A stretch of DNA of 64,000 nucleotides from Candidatus Cloacimonadota bacterium (GTDB taxonomy: Bacteria > Cloacimonadota > Cloacimonadia > G963667145). Of the stretch, positions 48,914 through 60,802 are shown piece by piece. The translations under genes were made by a program, and so were the position numbers. The notes below the pieces were generated by a model. The model was not told the DNA's origin. It was given only the letters and a program-made list of their open reading frames with translations, and made no database searches. The number at the start of each line of letters is the position of its first letter. The first letter of the stretch is position 1. The DNA is taken from positions 1 to 64,000 of the forward strand of contig OY781092.1 in assembly GCA_963676615.1 (NCBI GenBank), given 5' to 3'.

Positions 48914-49214
48914 GTTGGTGCAATGGCTGGACGAGATGAAAGCTCTGGATATCAAGTGCTACGATTTGCGGGGCAAAATCTCCTATGCGGATATGGTGAT
49001 TGTGTGCACGGCGAATAACGAAAAACACGCCGAATCGACCGCCAGATATTTGATGGATAAGTCCAAAGAAGCGGGAATGTCGCTGTTTGGCAAAGAGGGA
49101 TTGGGGTCAAAGTGGGTCTTGCTGGACTATTCCGATGTGATTGTCCATATTTTTTTGGAAGAGACTAGAAAATATTACGACTTAGAAAATTTTTGGAGTG
49201 GCATAAATGATTAA
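48903..49214 (+). CDS. rsfS: Ribosome silencing factor
   Basis: KALDI, WVLLDYSDVIVHIF, RKYYDLE..W. Confidence 0.93.
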   Translation: MIDKLVQWLDEMKALDIKCYDLRGKISYADMVIVCTANNEKHAESTARYLMDKSKEAGMSLFGKEGLGSKWVLLDYSDVIVHIFLEETRKYYDLENFWSGIND

Positions 49215-50847
49215 AGAGATTATTGCTCAAGACTTGCATAACTGCTTGCAGGAGTTGAATATAGAGCCGAAAAAGGTGCTGGTGCTGGACGCTGATCCAA
49301 AATTTGGAGATTACAGCTCGAATGTGGCGATGGTGCACGCCAAGTCGGTGAAGATGAAAATTGACGAGCTGGCAAAAAAAATCGCCGACCATCTTTCCAA
49401 AAGTAAATATTACAAAAAAGTTGAGGTCGCCAAGGGCGGTTTCATCAACTTTGTTTTGAACGCAAATATCTATCATGACGCAATTTTGAGCGTTGAGAAA
49501 AGCAAATTTGAGGGTCTGGATTACGGCAAAGGGCAAAAAGTTTTGGTGGAGTTCGTTAGCGCAAATCCGACTGGACCGCTGAACATCGTCAGCGCGCGTG
49601 CTGCCAGCTATGGCGACACTCTTTGCGCGGTGATGAATTTCATCGGATACAAAGCCACTCGTGAGTTTTACATCAACGACTACGGCAATCAAATCGATAT
49701 TTTGGCGGAGTCTATCGAAATTCGCTATAAGGAGCTGATTAGCGGCGTCGAGCAGGAGTTCCCCGTGGAGGCGTATCACGGCGAGTATGTAAAGGAGATT
49801 GCCCAGAAAATCGTGGACATCGACGGCACGAAGTTGCTCTCTTTTTCCAACGAAGACCGCGATCGTCGCATCAAGAAGTTTGCTTTGTATGAAATGCTGA
49901 AGTCGCAAAAAAATTCGCTGGCGGCTTTTCGAGTGGAGTTCGACAATTGGGTCTCCGAAAAAGCTTTGCGGGACGACAATATGGTCGAAGAGGCGCTAAG
50001 TTACCTCTCAGAAGCGGGTTACACCTATGAAAGAGACGAGGCTGTTTGGTTCAAATCGACACTTTTTGGCGACGAAAAAGACCGCATTTTGATGAAATCG
50101 GACGGAAACACGACCTACTTTGTGCCCGATATTGGCTATCATATCAACAAATATCAACGCGGCTACGATGTGCTAATCGATGTTTTGGGACCAGATCATC
50201 ACGGCTACCTAAAGCGGATGTGGGCGGCGATAAAGGCGATTGGCTATCCCGCAGAAAAGTTGGAGTTCGTCATTTTGCAGCAGGTAAATCTCTACGACGG
50301 CGACGAGCAGGTGAAGATGAGCAAGCGCGAGGGCAAAATTGTGAAGATGGACGATTTGATAAAAGAGGTTGGCACGGATGCGGCTCGCTTTTTCTTTTTG
50401 GATCGCAAAACCACTTCGCACCTGAATTTCGATTTGGAACTTGCAAAAAAGAAGACGAGCGAAAATCCCGTTTACTATTGCCAATACGCTCACGCAAGAA
50501 TCGCCAGCCTCATCAAAAAAGCGAAGAAAGAGAAGATTTTGCTCAAAAAATTCAAGCCTGAGCAGATGAAACTTTTGAAAGGCAAACAAGAGATTTCGTT
50601 GATGAAAAAGATTTTGCAATTCCCAGAGACTTTGGCGCTGGTGGCTTCCAGCAGAGAGCCGAACAAGCTCACCAACTACACTTGCGATTTGGCTGGGCTC
50701 TATCACAAATATTACGGAAGCAGCAAAATGATAAATGCGGACAACCCAGAATTGACGCTGGCTCGCTTGTTTTTGTCCTCGTGTGTAAAAATGACTTTGG
50801 GAAAAGCGTTGTCTTTGATGGGCATCACCGCTCCCGAAAAAATGTAG
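49207..50847 (+). CDS. argS: Arginine--tRNA ligase
   Basis: GDYSSN, EFVSANPTGPL, REFYIND.GNQ, GPDHHGY, KMSKR, YCQYAHAR, APEKM. Confidence 0.96.
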   Translation: MIKEIIAQDLHNCLQELNIEPKKVLVLDADPKFGDYSSNVAMVHAKSVKMKIDELAKKIADHLSKSKYYKKVEVAKGGFINFVLNANIYHDAILSVEKSKFEGLDYGKGQKVLVEFVSANPTGPLNIVSARAASYGDTLCAVMNFIGYKATREFYINDYGNQIDILAESIEIRYKELISGVEQEFPVEAYHGEYVKEIAQKIVDIDGTKLLSFSNEDRDRRIKKFALYEMLKSQKNSLAAFRVEFDNWVSEKALRDDNMVEEALSYLSEAGYTYERDEAVWFKSTLFGDEKDRILMKSDGNTTYFVPDIGYHINKYQRGYDVLIDVLGPDHHGYLKRMWAAIKAIGYPAEKLEFVILQQVNLYDGDEQVKMSKREGKIVKMDDLIKEVGTDAARFFFLDRKTTSHLNFDLELAKKKTSENPVYYCQYAHARIASLIKKAKKEKILLKKFKPEQMKLLKGKQEISLMKKILQFPETLALVASSREPNKLTNYTCDLAGLYHKYYGSSKMINADNPELTLARLFLSSCVKMTLGKALSLMGITAPEKM

Positions 50848-50876
50848 TAAATTTATAGATCCTAAAAGGAGATTTT

Positions 50877-52106
50877 ATGGAAGATAAATCTTTGATGTGG
50901 GTAGAAAATAAGCTATCCAAAACGGAATTACCGAAAAAAATGTTTCCTGTGGAAATTTCGCGTGAAGCTCGCAAGTTTCACAAGCAAATTCCAGGTTACA
51001 GCATATCGCCGCTTCGCAGTCTGGCAAATTTGGCTCAGATGTTTGGAGTCGGCGGAATTTGGGCAAAAGACGAAGCCGTTCGTCTGGAACTGAACTCGTT
51101 CAAGGTGCTAGGCGGCTCTTTCGCAATCTATCAATATGTGAAAGAAAAGCTCGGCGTCGATGCGAGCAAAATGAGCTACGACTACCTGATTTCAGACGAG
51201 GTAAAGAAAAAGCTCGGCACGATAATTTTTGCTTCGGCAACCGACGGCAACCACGGCCGCGGAATTGCTTGGGCTGCTCAAAAATTGGGACACAAATGTG
51301 AAATTTATGTGCACGCCGAGACCTCACAACGCCGAATTGATGCGATAAAAGGCTACGGCGCAAATGTTACCGTGATCAAAGGAAACTACGACGACGCCGT
51401 GAAACAATGCTGGAACGACGCCGCCAAAAACGGCTGGGAAGTTATCTCGGATACCTCTTGGGACGGCTACGAGGCTGTGCCAACTTGGATTATGCAAGGC
51501 TACACCACGATGATGAGCGAAATTCAGGAGCAGTTTGCGGCACAAGGAATCATCAAGCCGACTCACATTTTTGTGCAAGCTGGAGTGGGCGCTCTCGCCT
51601 GCGCTGTGGTTGGATTTTACAACAGCCTGTTCCCAGACGATCCACCAATCAGCGTGATTGTGGAGCCAGACAACGCCGCTTGTCTATACCATTCTGCCAC
51701 TGTCGGCGACGGCAAACCTCACACCGTGGACGGCTCGCTCTCGACCATAATGGCTGGTTTGGCTTGCGGAGAGCCTAGCCCACTTGCCTGGAACCTCCTC
51801 AAAGATTGCTCCTCGGCGTTCATCTCTTGCCCAGACTATATCGCCGCCAAAGGAATGCGCATCTACGCCACACCGCTCAAAGGCGACCCTTTTGTTGTTT
51901 CTGGCGAGTCTGGCGCAGTAACTTTGGGCGCACTTATAACCATCCTCAAAGAGAAGCATTTGGCAGATTTGAAAGAAAAAATCGGATTGGACGAAAACTC
52001 ACAAATCCTTTTGGTAAACACCGAGGGAAATACCGATCCAGTGCTGTTCCGCCAAGTCATTTGGGAGGGAGCAAACCCTGTGCCAAGCGACCATTGGACA
52101 GAATAG
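50877..52106 (+). CDS. dpaL: Diaminopropionate ammonia-lyase
   Basis: LNSFKVLGG, ATDGNHGRG, ISDTSW.GY, QAGVG, TIMAGLACGEP, SGESGA, TEGNTDP. Confidence 0.92.
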   Translation: MEDKSLMWVENKLSKTELPKKMFPVEISREARKFHKQIPGYSISPLRSLANLAQMFGVGGIWAKDEAVRLELNSFKVLGGSFAIYQYVKEKLGVDASKMSYDYLISDEVKKKLGTIIFASATDGNHGRGIAWAAQKLGHKCEIYVHAETSQRRIDAIKGYGANVTVIKGNYDDAVKQCWNDAAKNGWEVISDTSWDGYEAVPTWIMQGYTTMMSEIQEQFAAQGIIKPTHIFVQAGVGALACAVVGFYNSLFPDDPPISVIVEPDNAACLYHSATVGDGKPHTVDGSLSTIMAGLACGEPSPLAWNLLKDCSSAFISCPDYIAAKGMRIYATPLKGDPFVVSGESGAVTLGALITILKEKHLADLKEKIGLDENSQILLVNTEGNTDPVLFRQVIWEGANPVPSDHWTE

Positions 52107-52125
52107 AAAAAACGCAATATAATCG

Positions 52126-52163
52126 AAAGCGAACTTGTCTCTTGTGGGCGAGTTCGCTTTTTT
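52126..52163. terminator. Intrinsic terminator between convergent genes
   Basis: AAAGCGAACTTGTC-loop-GGCGAGTTCGCTTT plus T run. Confidence 0.75.
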
Positions 52164-52763
52164 CTAAAGGCGTGCTTCCAGCGATTTGCTGAGTTTGTCC
52201 GCCGCTTCAAAGCAGATAATCAGCAGCGGGAAAAGCTTGTAGATTATTCTCTGAAAAGGATTTAGGCGAACAATCCGTGATTTTTGGGCGAGATTTAGCT
52301 GCCCCATTTTATGCGAAATGATAGGTATCAGCGAAAAAATCAGAAAGACAATCAGAAAAACTTTTTTTCGCCAACTTTTGCTAAAAAAAACAAAGCGTGA
52401 AACGCTCTGAGCGATTTGATAGGGGGTCGTGCTGAACACAAAAAAAATGTTGAGAATCAGGACTGCCGACAGGCGCAGCGTGTAAAAAAATGGCTGCCGA
52501 AGCTGACCGATTTGCAGGTTTTGGTAGTCGATGTTCAAAAGTGAGCTGAGGGCGAAAATCGAAACAAAAAAAACGGCGAGCTGTTTCCAGCCGTCGATTT
52601 TCCAAAAAATTTTGCCGAGCAATAAAATTGCGGTGAGCGCCAAGATTTTTGGCTCGTTTATGCGAAAAATAAGGTAGGAAAAAATGGCGATAGCCAGCAA
52701 TTTTAACAGTGGGGGAGCTTTGTGCAAGACCGTTTTTTTTGGGCTGTAAAAAAATATTTTCAT
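52164..52763 (-). CDS. ECF transporter T component (BioN/EcfT-like)
   Basis: LHKAPPLLKL, TTP, AQKSR, LEAR; downstream of the ECF ATPase. Confidence 0.8.
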   Translation of the reverse strand: MKIFFYSPKKTVLHKAPPLLKLLAIAIFSYLIFRINEPKILALTAILLLGKIFWKIDGWKQLAVFFVSIFALSSLLNIDYQNLQIGQLRQPFFYTLRLSAVLILNIFFVFSTTPYQIAQSVSRFVFFSKSWRKKVFLIVFLIFSLIPIISHKMGQLNLAQKSRIVRLNPFQRIIYKLFPLLIICFEAADKLSKSLEARL

Positions 52764-53485
52764 AGCAGCCAGCTGGCTTTTTTTGGGTCGGTTGGCTTTC
52801 GGATTCCCCAAGATTCCAGACGCTCCAAAGCGGCAAATTTGTCGCCGTCATAGACGATTTTTCCGTCGTTAACGACCAAAAGTCGAGTCGCGTGCAAAAG
52901 CACTTTTTCCAAATCGTGGGTAATTAAAACGATGGTGAAGCCTTGCCGATGCAGGTCGAGCAAACTCCGCAAAACCATTTGCACGCTTGGGTAATCCAGC
53001 CCGATGAACGGCTCGTCCAGCACCAAAATTTCGGGATTTTGCGCCAAGACGGCGGCGATAGTCACTTTTTTTAGCTGCCCGCCAGACAGACGAAACGGCG
53101 AACAATCTTGCAGATGGGCGATTCCCATTTTCGCCAAAATTTGCTTAGCTGTCGCTACGGGATTTTTTGCTTTGCTCTGCTTTAGCCCAAAAAGCACCTC
53201 CTCCAAAACGGTCTGACAAAATATTTGCGTGTTGGCTTCCTGAAAAACCAGCCCGATTTTTTTTGGAGAGTTTTTTTGCTTTTGCAAAGACTTGCCCTTG
53301 AAAAAAATCTCGCCGCTGGTTGGTCTGACCAAACCTCCCAAATGCAGCATCGAAACGGTCTTACCCGAGCCGTTTTTCCCTGCGAAAAGCAAAAATTCGC
53401 CTTGTTCTACCGTAAAATTTAGGTCATCTAAAATCGTTTTACCGTCGATTTTTTTGCAAAGATTTTTAACTTCTAGAAGCGGCAT
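52760..53485 (-). CDS. ECF transporter ATPase (BioM/EcfA-like)
   Basis: GKNGSGKT, VFQ, LSGGQ, LDEP, ITHD. Confidence 0.9.
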   Translation of the reverse strand: MPLLEVKNLCKKIDGKTILDDLNFTVEQGEFLLFAGKNGSGKTVSMLHLGGLVRPTSGEIFFKGKSLQKQKNSPKKIGLVFQEANTQIFCQTVLEEVLFGLKQSKAKNPVATAKQILAKMGIAHLQDCSPFRLSGGQLKKVTIAAVLAQNPEILVLDEPFIGLDYPSVQMVLRSLLDLHRQGFTIVLITHDLEKVLLHATRLLVVNDGKIVYDGDKFAALERLESWGIRKPTDPKKASWLL

Positions 53486-53491
53486 TTTGCC

Positions 53492-54022
53492 TCAAAGATT
53501 TTGGCGGAAATAGGGAGCGCTCATTTTGGCAAGAACCGCCGCTAGCACGGCTTTGAGCAAGTCTCCAAGCAAAAATGGATAGCAGCCGACGAGAAAAGTT
53601 TTGTGCCAGCTCCAATTTGCGCCAAGCGTGTGTTTGAGCCACAAAAGCCCGAGCGGATAGATGAATAGTCCTGCGACGACGGTGATTATTATGTAGCCCG
53701 CAAGATTTTTTGGTAATATTTTTTTGAGCAGATTGCCGACCAAAACGCAGACGAAAAATCCGACGATGTAGCCTCCTGTTGGTCCTAAAATGACCGAAAT
53801 TCCGCCTTTGCCGAGCGAAAATACAGGAAGCCCCAGCGCTCCCAAAATTATGTAAATCGCAACAGCCACAACGCTTTGCCTGCCCCTCAGGAGCAAAATG
53901 GAGAGAAAAATAAAAAGGTTGGTCAGCACAATCGGCACAGGTCCGACGGGCACGACGGTGTATGAGCCGACGACGAAAAACACCACGAATAGCGCGGTGT
54001 AGGTGAGTTGTTTGTAGTTCAT
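53492..54022 (-). CDS. bioY: Biotin transporter S component
   Basis: PVPIVL, GALGLPVFS..GG, GPTGGYIVGF, PFLLGDLLK. Confidence 0.92.
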   Translation of the reverse strand: MNYKQLTYTALFVVFFVVGSYTVVPVGPVPIVLTNLFIFLSILLLRGRQSVVAVAIYIILGALGLPVFSLGKGGISVILGPTGGYIVGFFVCVLVGNLLKKILPKNLAGYIIITVVAGLFIYPLGLLWLKHTLGANWSWHKTFLVGCYPFLLGDLLKAVLAAVLAKMSAPYFRQNL

Positions 54023-54023
54023 T

Positions 54024-54560
54024 TTAGCTTTTTTCCTCCAAAAAAGTCAAGACGGTCGAGCCGCTTTTTTTGGTTTTAAAGATTGCGAAATCTTCGCTTT
54101 CTACCTTTTCTTTTGGCGAATGCTCGGCGACGATGACGCCGCTTGGTGCAAGCAAATTTTGCGCCGCAATCAAATTTAGGCAATCGTTTACTAGCCCAAA
54201 ATCGTAGGGCGGATCTAGAAAAATCAGCTCAAATTTTTGCTGGCATTTTTTTAGAAAAGCGTCCGCTTTTTTTTGCGAGAGTTGACAACGAGAGGCGATT
54301 TGCAATTTGGCGATATTTTTTTTTACGATTGATAAAGAGGCTGCCGAGGCGTCCACAAACTGGGCGAACTCTGCGCCCCTGCTGATGGCTTCTAGCCCTA
54401 AGCCTCCGAAACCTGCGAACAAATCGAGCACTTTTTTTCCCTGGCACGAGCCGATTATTGAAAAAATCCGCTCTTTGCAGGCGTCAGCTGTGGGACGCAC
54501 CTTAGAAGATTTAGCAGAAAAAAGCGGGAACCCTTTGAACTCGCCAGCAACGATTCGCAT
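54024..54560 (-). CDS. rsmD: 16S rRNA m2G966 methyltransferase
   Basis: MRIVAG, RPT, LDLFAG.GGLGLEAISRGA, DPPY. Confidence 0.92.
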   Translation of the reverse strand: MRIVAGEFKGFPLFSAKSSKVRPTADACKERIFSIIGSCQGKKVLDLFAGFGGLGLEAISRGAEFAQFVDASAASLSIVKKNIAKLQIASRCQLSQKKADAFLKKCQQKFELIFLDPPYDFGLVNDCLNLIAAQNLLAPSGVIVAEHSPKEKVESEDFAIFKTKKSGSTVLTFLEEKS

Positions 54561-54566
54561 TTTTTC

Positions 54567-55196
54567 CTAGAGTTTCAACAATTTCTTCAGCTGTCCGATG
54601 GTGATTTGCGTCAGCTTCGCATTTTGGTCAAAATGCTCGCCAACTTTTTCCAGAAGCTGAGCGACGCTCATTTTTTCAAAATCGGTGCTTTTTTTGGCTG
54701 TAGTCTCGTCTGGCAGAGGCGATTTTTCCTTTTGTGTAACTTCTTTTTTTTCAGCAACTTCAATCGCTTCAGACTCTTCTTCTTGTGGCACTTGCTTTTT
54801 GAAATCAGCCAAACTTATGCCCGCGTCAAGATTTAGACTAAGCTCATCGATTTTTTCGTCTTTTTCGCTTTTGGTCGTGTCCACTTTTTGCGAAGTGTCC
54901 GAATTTTCCGCCTGAGCGGGCTCTGCTATCGGCTGTTCACACTCCTCCAGCATCAACTTTTTATACTCATTGTGCGGCATAAGCTTGATTTTTTGCAACT
55001 GCTCATCGTTAAAAATAGTCAAGACCAGAGAGTCGTAGCCCAAATTTTTCCGTTCGAAAAATTTTTTGGTCAGCTCGCGCTCTTTTTTTTTCGCCAACTT
55101 GTCCGTTTTCGCCAAAAGGTGATACACCCCAAGAGCGTGCGTGAACTCGCCTTGCTTCTCGTAAAGCTTTGCCATTGTGAAAGTTGGAGTTATCAT
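54567..55196 (-). CDS. Hypothetical protein with an N-terminal TPR-like helix pair
   Basis: TFTMAKLYEKQG...A..Y motif; co-oriented in the operon. Confidence 0.65.
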   Translation of the reverse strand: MITPTFTMAKLYEKQGEFTHALGVYHLLAKTDKLAKKKERELTKKFFERKNLGYDSLVLTIFNDEQLQKIKLMPHNEYKKLMLEECEQPIAEPAQAENSDTSQKVDTTKSEKDEKIDELSLNLDAGISLADFKKQVPQEEESEAIEVAEKKEVTQKEKSPLPDETTAKKSTDFEKMSVAQLLEKVGEHFDQNAKLTQITIGQLKKLLKL

Positions 55197-55211
55197 CTTC
55201 GTCGCCCAAAA

Positions 55212-57286
<2,075 letters not shown>

Positions 57287-57294
<8 letters not shown>

Positions 57295-58183
57295 CCAAAT
57301 CCTTTTCGATGTTAAACGCAGCAACGGCGCCGTCGGCAGCCGCGGTGATGACTTGGCGGAGCGACTTTTGGCAGATGTCGCCAGCGGCATAAATCGCAGG
57401 AACGCTGGTTTTTTGCTGCCGGTCGGTAACGATGAAGCCGCGCTCGTCCAGCTGCACCAAATTTTGCACCAAATCGGTTTGCGGTTTCGTTCCCACATAG
57501 ACAAAAACTCCGTCCACGGCAACCTTTTTCGTTTCATCGCTCTTCACATTTTTCAGGTGCAAAGCGGAAACTTTTTCGCCGCCTTCGATTTCTAAAACGA
57601 CACAATCCCAGACGAAATCGATTTTCTCGTTTTTGCGGGCTCGATCGGCGATAACTTTGGTGGCTCGCAGCTTGTCGCGACGGTGAACGATGTAAACTTT
57701 GCTGGCGAATTTGCTCAAAAAAAGAGCCTCTTCCACGGCAGCGTCTCCGCCTCCGATAACGGCGACGATTTTATCTTTGAAAAAAGCGCCATCGCAGGTG
57801 GCACAATAGGATACGCCCTTGCCGACGAACTTTTTTTCGCCAGGAACATCAAGGAGTGCGGGCTTTGCGCCCATTGCCAAAACGACGCTTTTGCAGCTGT
57901 AGCTGTTTTGCGTTGTTTCGACCAAATTTTGCTCGATTTTAACCACCTCTTCGCTTTTGATTTGGCAACCAAAACTTTCTGCTTGCTTGCGAAAAATGTC
58001 GGTCAGAGCAAATCCGTCGCCCTCGAGGTAGCCGGGATAGTTCTCGATGTGAGCGGTCTGGGTTATCTGTCCGCCTACAAAAACTTTCTCCAAAATTAAA
58101 GTCTTCAGTCCGCCTCGTGCGGCGTATATGCCCGCGGCAAGACCAGCTGGGCCGCCGCCTACAACAATCAAATCATAACTCAT
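57287..58183 (-). CDS. trxB: Thioredoxin-disulfide reductase
   Basis: GGGPAG, ENYPG, GVSYCATCDG, GGGDAAVEEA, HRRD, AAGD. Confidence 0.95.
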
Positions 58184-58463
58184 CGTCTGTCTCCTTCTGC
58201 GTGATTTTTAGGTAAATTTGCTCTGCGGGGATTGTCGCAATTTTTGCGTTTTCGTCCAACTTTTTTTCCGCAATTTTCTCGCCATTTGTGCCGACAAACT
58301 GCAAGTTGGCATTTCCAAGAGTTTTGTTTTTTCCGACAAAAACAAGCTCGGTTGAGATTTCTTCGTTTTGTAAATCGTCTGTCCGCAAAAGAAAATCGCA
58401 GGCGGTGAAAATCGCCAAAAAAGCAAAAATCGCAGCGCAGATAATCAGTTTTTTATTTTTCAT
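58173..58463 (-). CDS. Small putative lipoprotein
   Basis: MKNKKLIICAAIFAFLAIFTAC lipobox-like signal; fills the gap in the operon. Confidence 0.6.
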   Translation of the reverse strand: MKNKKLIICAAIFAFLAIFTACDFLLRTDDLQNEEISTELVFVGKNKTLGNANLQFVGTNGEKIAEKKLDENAKIATIPAEQIYLKITQKETDDEL

Positions 58464-58465
58464 CG

Positions 58466-59452
58466 TTAGTTGATGCGAAAGCGTTCGATTTTGTCGGCGG
58501 ACATTTTTTTTGCCGAAGCCAAAGCAAAGTCGCTGCCGATTTTTCCCCAGCCGATTGGGTGGTTTTGACCGCTTTCGACTTTTGGACAATATTTCAGCAA
58601 AATCGCCCCGCAAAGCTCAATAGTGGCGATGCTGACCTCTTTTTTGCTAAAAATCAGTCCCAGAGGTGAAGCTGTATTTTTGGCGATAATGCCCAGTTTG
58701 CCCTTTCCTTCTCGTGCGAAAAAGTTGTTGTCGCCCTGATTTTTGCCCAGCACCAATTTGGTCTCTTTGTCGATGCGGAAATGCCTGCCGCGATTAAGAA
58801 AAGTGAGCGCTTCCAAATCGAGCATCTGGAAATCCAGTAGGTCTTGCAGCCTTTGGCAATAGCCTTTGGTGGTCAGCAGGCAGCCGCCACCAGAAGAAGG
58901 AATCGTGGGCAGATGGAATTTTTGTGCCAGCTCCAGCTGCGCTTTGCGGGAGCGACCAGAAATATCCAGCAAGTCGTTTTTATCGACAAGCCCCTGGCGG
59001 ATTGGCATCGTGTCTGGGAGCAGTTTTTGCGAGAGCGGGCGCACGATTAAATCTTTGATTCCGCTGATTTTATCCACCGCCGCCAGAGAGTTCTTCATCT
59101 GTGACATCGGGCGCTGAGAGACGACCTCGCCGCTGCAAATAAAAGCGGCTTTCTCTTCGAGCATAATTTTGTGAGCCTTGCTCAGCATAAGCCCGTGGCA
59201 GTCGATGCACGGGTTGAGGTTTTTTCCGTAGCCGTATTTCGGGCTTTTCAGCATCGGTAGATAATCTTCGCTAATATCCACGATTTTGAGCGGAAAGCCG
59301 TTTTCTCTGGCGATTTTGATAGCTTTGTCTGGGGGAAAAAACGGCGTCGAAAAACACACTGGCAGCACATCAAATCCGAGATTTTGCATCAGATAAACGA
59401 TGAGGATGCTGTCTAGTCCTCCAGAAAAAAGGGAAATAATTTTCGTTTTCAT
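58466..59452 (-). CDS. tRNA thiouridylase-like PP-loop protein (ThiI/MnmA-related)
   Basis: SGGLDS, PKYGYGKNLNPCIDCH, GEV.SQRPMSQ, GGCLLT, GRHFR. Confidence 0.85.
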   Translation of the reverse strand: MKTKIISLFSGGLDSILIVYLMQNLGFDVLPVCFSTPFFPPDKAIKIARENGFPLKIVDISEDYLPMLKSPKYGYGKNLNPCIDCHGLMLSKAHKIMLEEKAAFICSGEVVSQRPMSQMKNSLAAVDKISGIKDLIVRPLSQKLLPDTMPIRQGLVDKNDLLDISGRSRKAQLELAQKFHLPTIPSSGGGCLLTTKGYCQRLQDLLDFQMLDLEALTFLNRGRHFRIDKETKLVLGKNQGDNNFFAREGKGKLGIIAKNTASPLGLIFSKKEVSIATIELCGAILLKYCPKVESGQNHPIGWGKIGSDFALASAKKMSADKIERFRIN

Positions 59453-59453
59453 G

Positions 59454-60596
59454 TTAACTTTTTCGTGTTTTTTTAACATGAGTTTTTTTCGTGTTAACTT
59501 TTTCGCTTTTTTTTAACACAACATTTCGTTTTCTGCTAAATAATTCAAAAAGTTTGGTGTTGGTAAAGTAGCTAAACTTCCCTTTTTGAACCTTTTCCAT
59601 CAAGTTGTCTGGGTGCTTTGCGATTTCGTTCAGATATTTTGCGGCGGTTTGCCTTGTGACTCTCAAATCTTTTTCAACAAACGGAATTTTTGTGTAAGGG
59701 TGCTTGAAAAGGCAATTTAGCAGGTCTTGAGAATAAAACGAAAAATTGTTGCGCAAAAAAGATTTATATTCGAGCATCAAAGTTTTTATCTCGTCGATGA
59801 TTTTGATTGTGTCCAAAGAGGTTAGCCGAACTCCCTCGAGCATAAAAATTATCCAACTTTCCCAATCGTTGTTGTCGCGCACATTTTGCAAAAAGTGGTA
59901 ATATTCGGCTTTATTTTGGATGATGAAGCGGCTCAAATATAGAATCGGCAGCCTCAAGAGGTCTTTTGAAATCAAGTATAAAATATTCAAAATCCTGCCA
60001 GTTCTGCCATTGCCGTCGTAAAATGGGTGAATGGATTCGAATTGGAAATGCATAATCGCCATTTTGATGAGCGGGTCGATGTCGTGCTTGGCGTCGTCGT
60101 TAATGTAATCGACAAAATCGCCCATTAGCTCTTTAATCAGCGGCGCATTTTGCGGAGGCTCATAAATAATCTCGCTCGTGGCGTCGTTTTTTAAAGTCGT
60201 GCCGGGCAATTTTCGATATCCGGCTTTGTTTTGCTCCAAAATTTCTTGGATAGTCAAGATGCAGTCGTTGGAGATAAACCCTTTTGCCAAGACCCGTGCA
60301 AAGCCTTCTTGCAGGGCGAAATTGTAGTTTTGCACCTCTTTGGTGGCGATATTTTTTATGAAACTTTGGTCAAGTTCTGCCTTGAAAATCTCGTCGTTAG
60401 TCGTGATAATGTTTTCCACTTCGGAACTGTTTTTCGCCTCTTGCAGCCCCAAAGAGTTTATCAAAATTGCTTGATTGGGGATAGTGCCGACAAAACCTTT
60501 CAGCTCGGAAAGCGCAGCTTTTGCTTCGCCCAATTTTTTCAAGATATTTTTCGACTCAAATTCGAATTTTGGGGGTAATTTTGCAGGTCTATACAT
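59454..60596 (-). CDS. Fic family protein (class II, N-terminal inhibitory motif)
   Basis: Canonical HPFYDGNGRTGR motif; SSEVEN matches (S/T)xxxE(G/N); C-terminal HTH-like segment. Confidence 0.92.
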   Translation of the reverse strand: MYRPAKLPPKFEFESKNILKKLGEAKAALSELKGFVGTIPNQAILINSLGLQEAKNSSEVENIITTNDEIFKAELDQSFIKNIATKEVQNYNFALQEGFARVLAKGFISNDCILTIQEILEQNKAGYRKLPGTTLKNDATSEIIYEPPQNAPLIKELMGDFVDYINDDAKHDIDPLIKMAIMHFQFESIHPFYDGNGRTGRILNILYLISKDLLRLPILYLSRFIIQNKAEYYHFLQNVRDNNDWESWIIFMLEGVRLTSLDTIKIIDEIKTLMLEYKSFLRNNFSFYSQDLLNCLFKHPYTKIPFVEKDLRVTRQTAAKYLNEIAKHPDNLMEKVQKGKFSYFTNTKLFELFSRKRNVVLKKSEKVNTKKTHVKKTRKS

Positions 60597-60802
60597 TACA
60601 TTTTTTACTCAATTTTATGGCGTTTTTCAAAATGAGCCAAAGATGGTGTCGTTAGTTATATTTTGCTGTGTAAAAGTAGTTTACGGCTTTTTAATGATAA
60701 CCCAAAAGTCATTCTAGAGTCAACTCTTTTTCCATTTTCATTTAATAATTTCCATACTGTTATATAATATCACTTTGTCAAGCCTAGATTTAGGAGATAA
60801 AA

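Noticed and set aside
57295..57537. Long N-terminal extension of PrmC
   Set aside because: It is an alternative frame of trxB; the GTG at 57294 gives a normal-length PrmC.
60755..60775. Possible LexA box upstream of the phage initiator (CTGTTATATAATATCAC)
   Set aside because: The right half does not match CAG at the correct spacing; it is better explained as a TATAAT -10 element.
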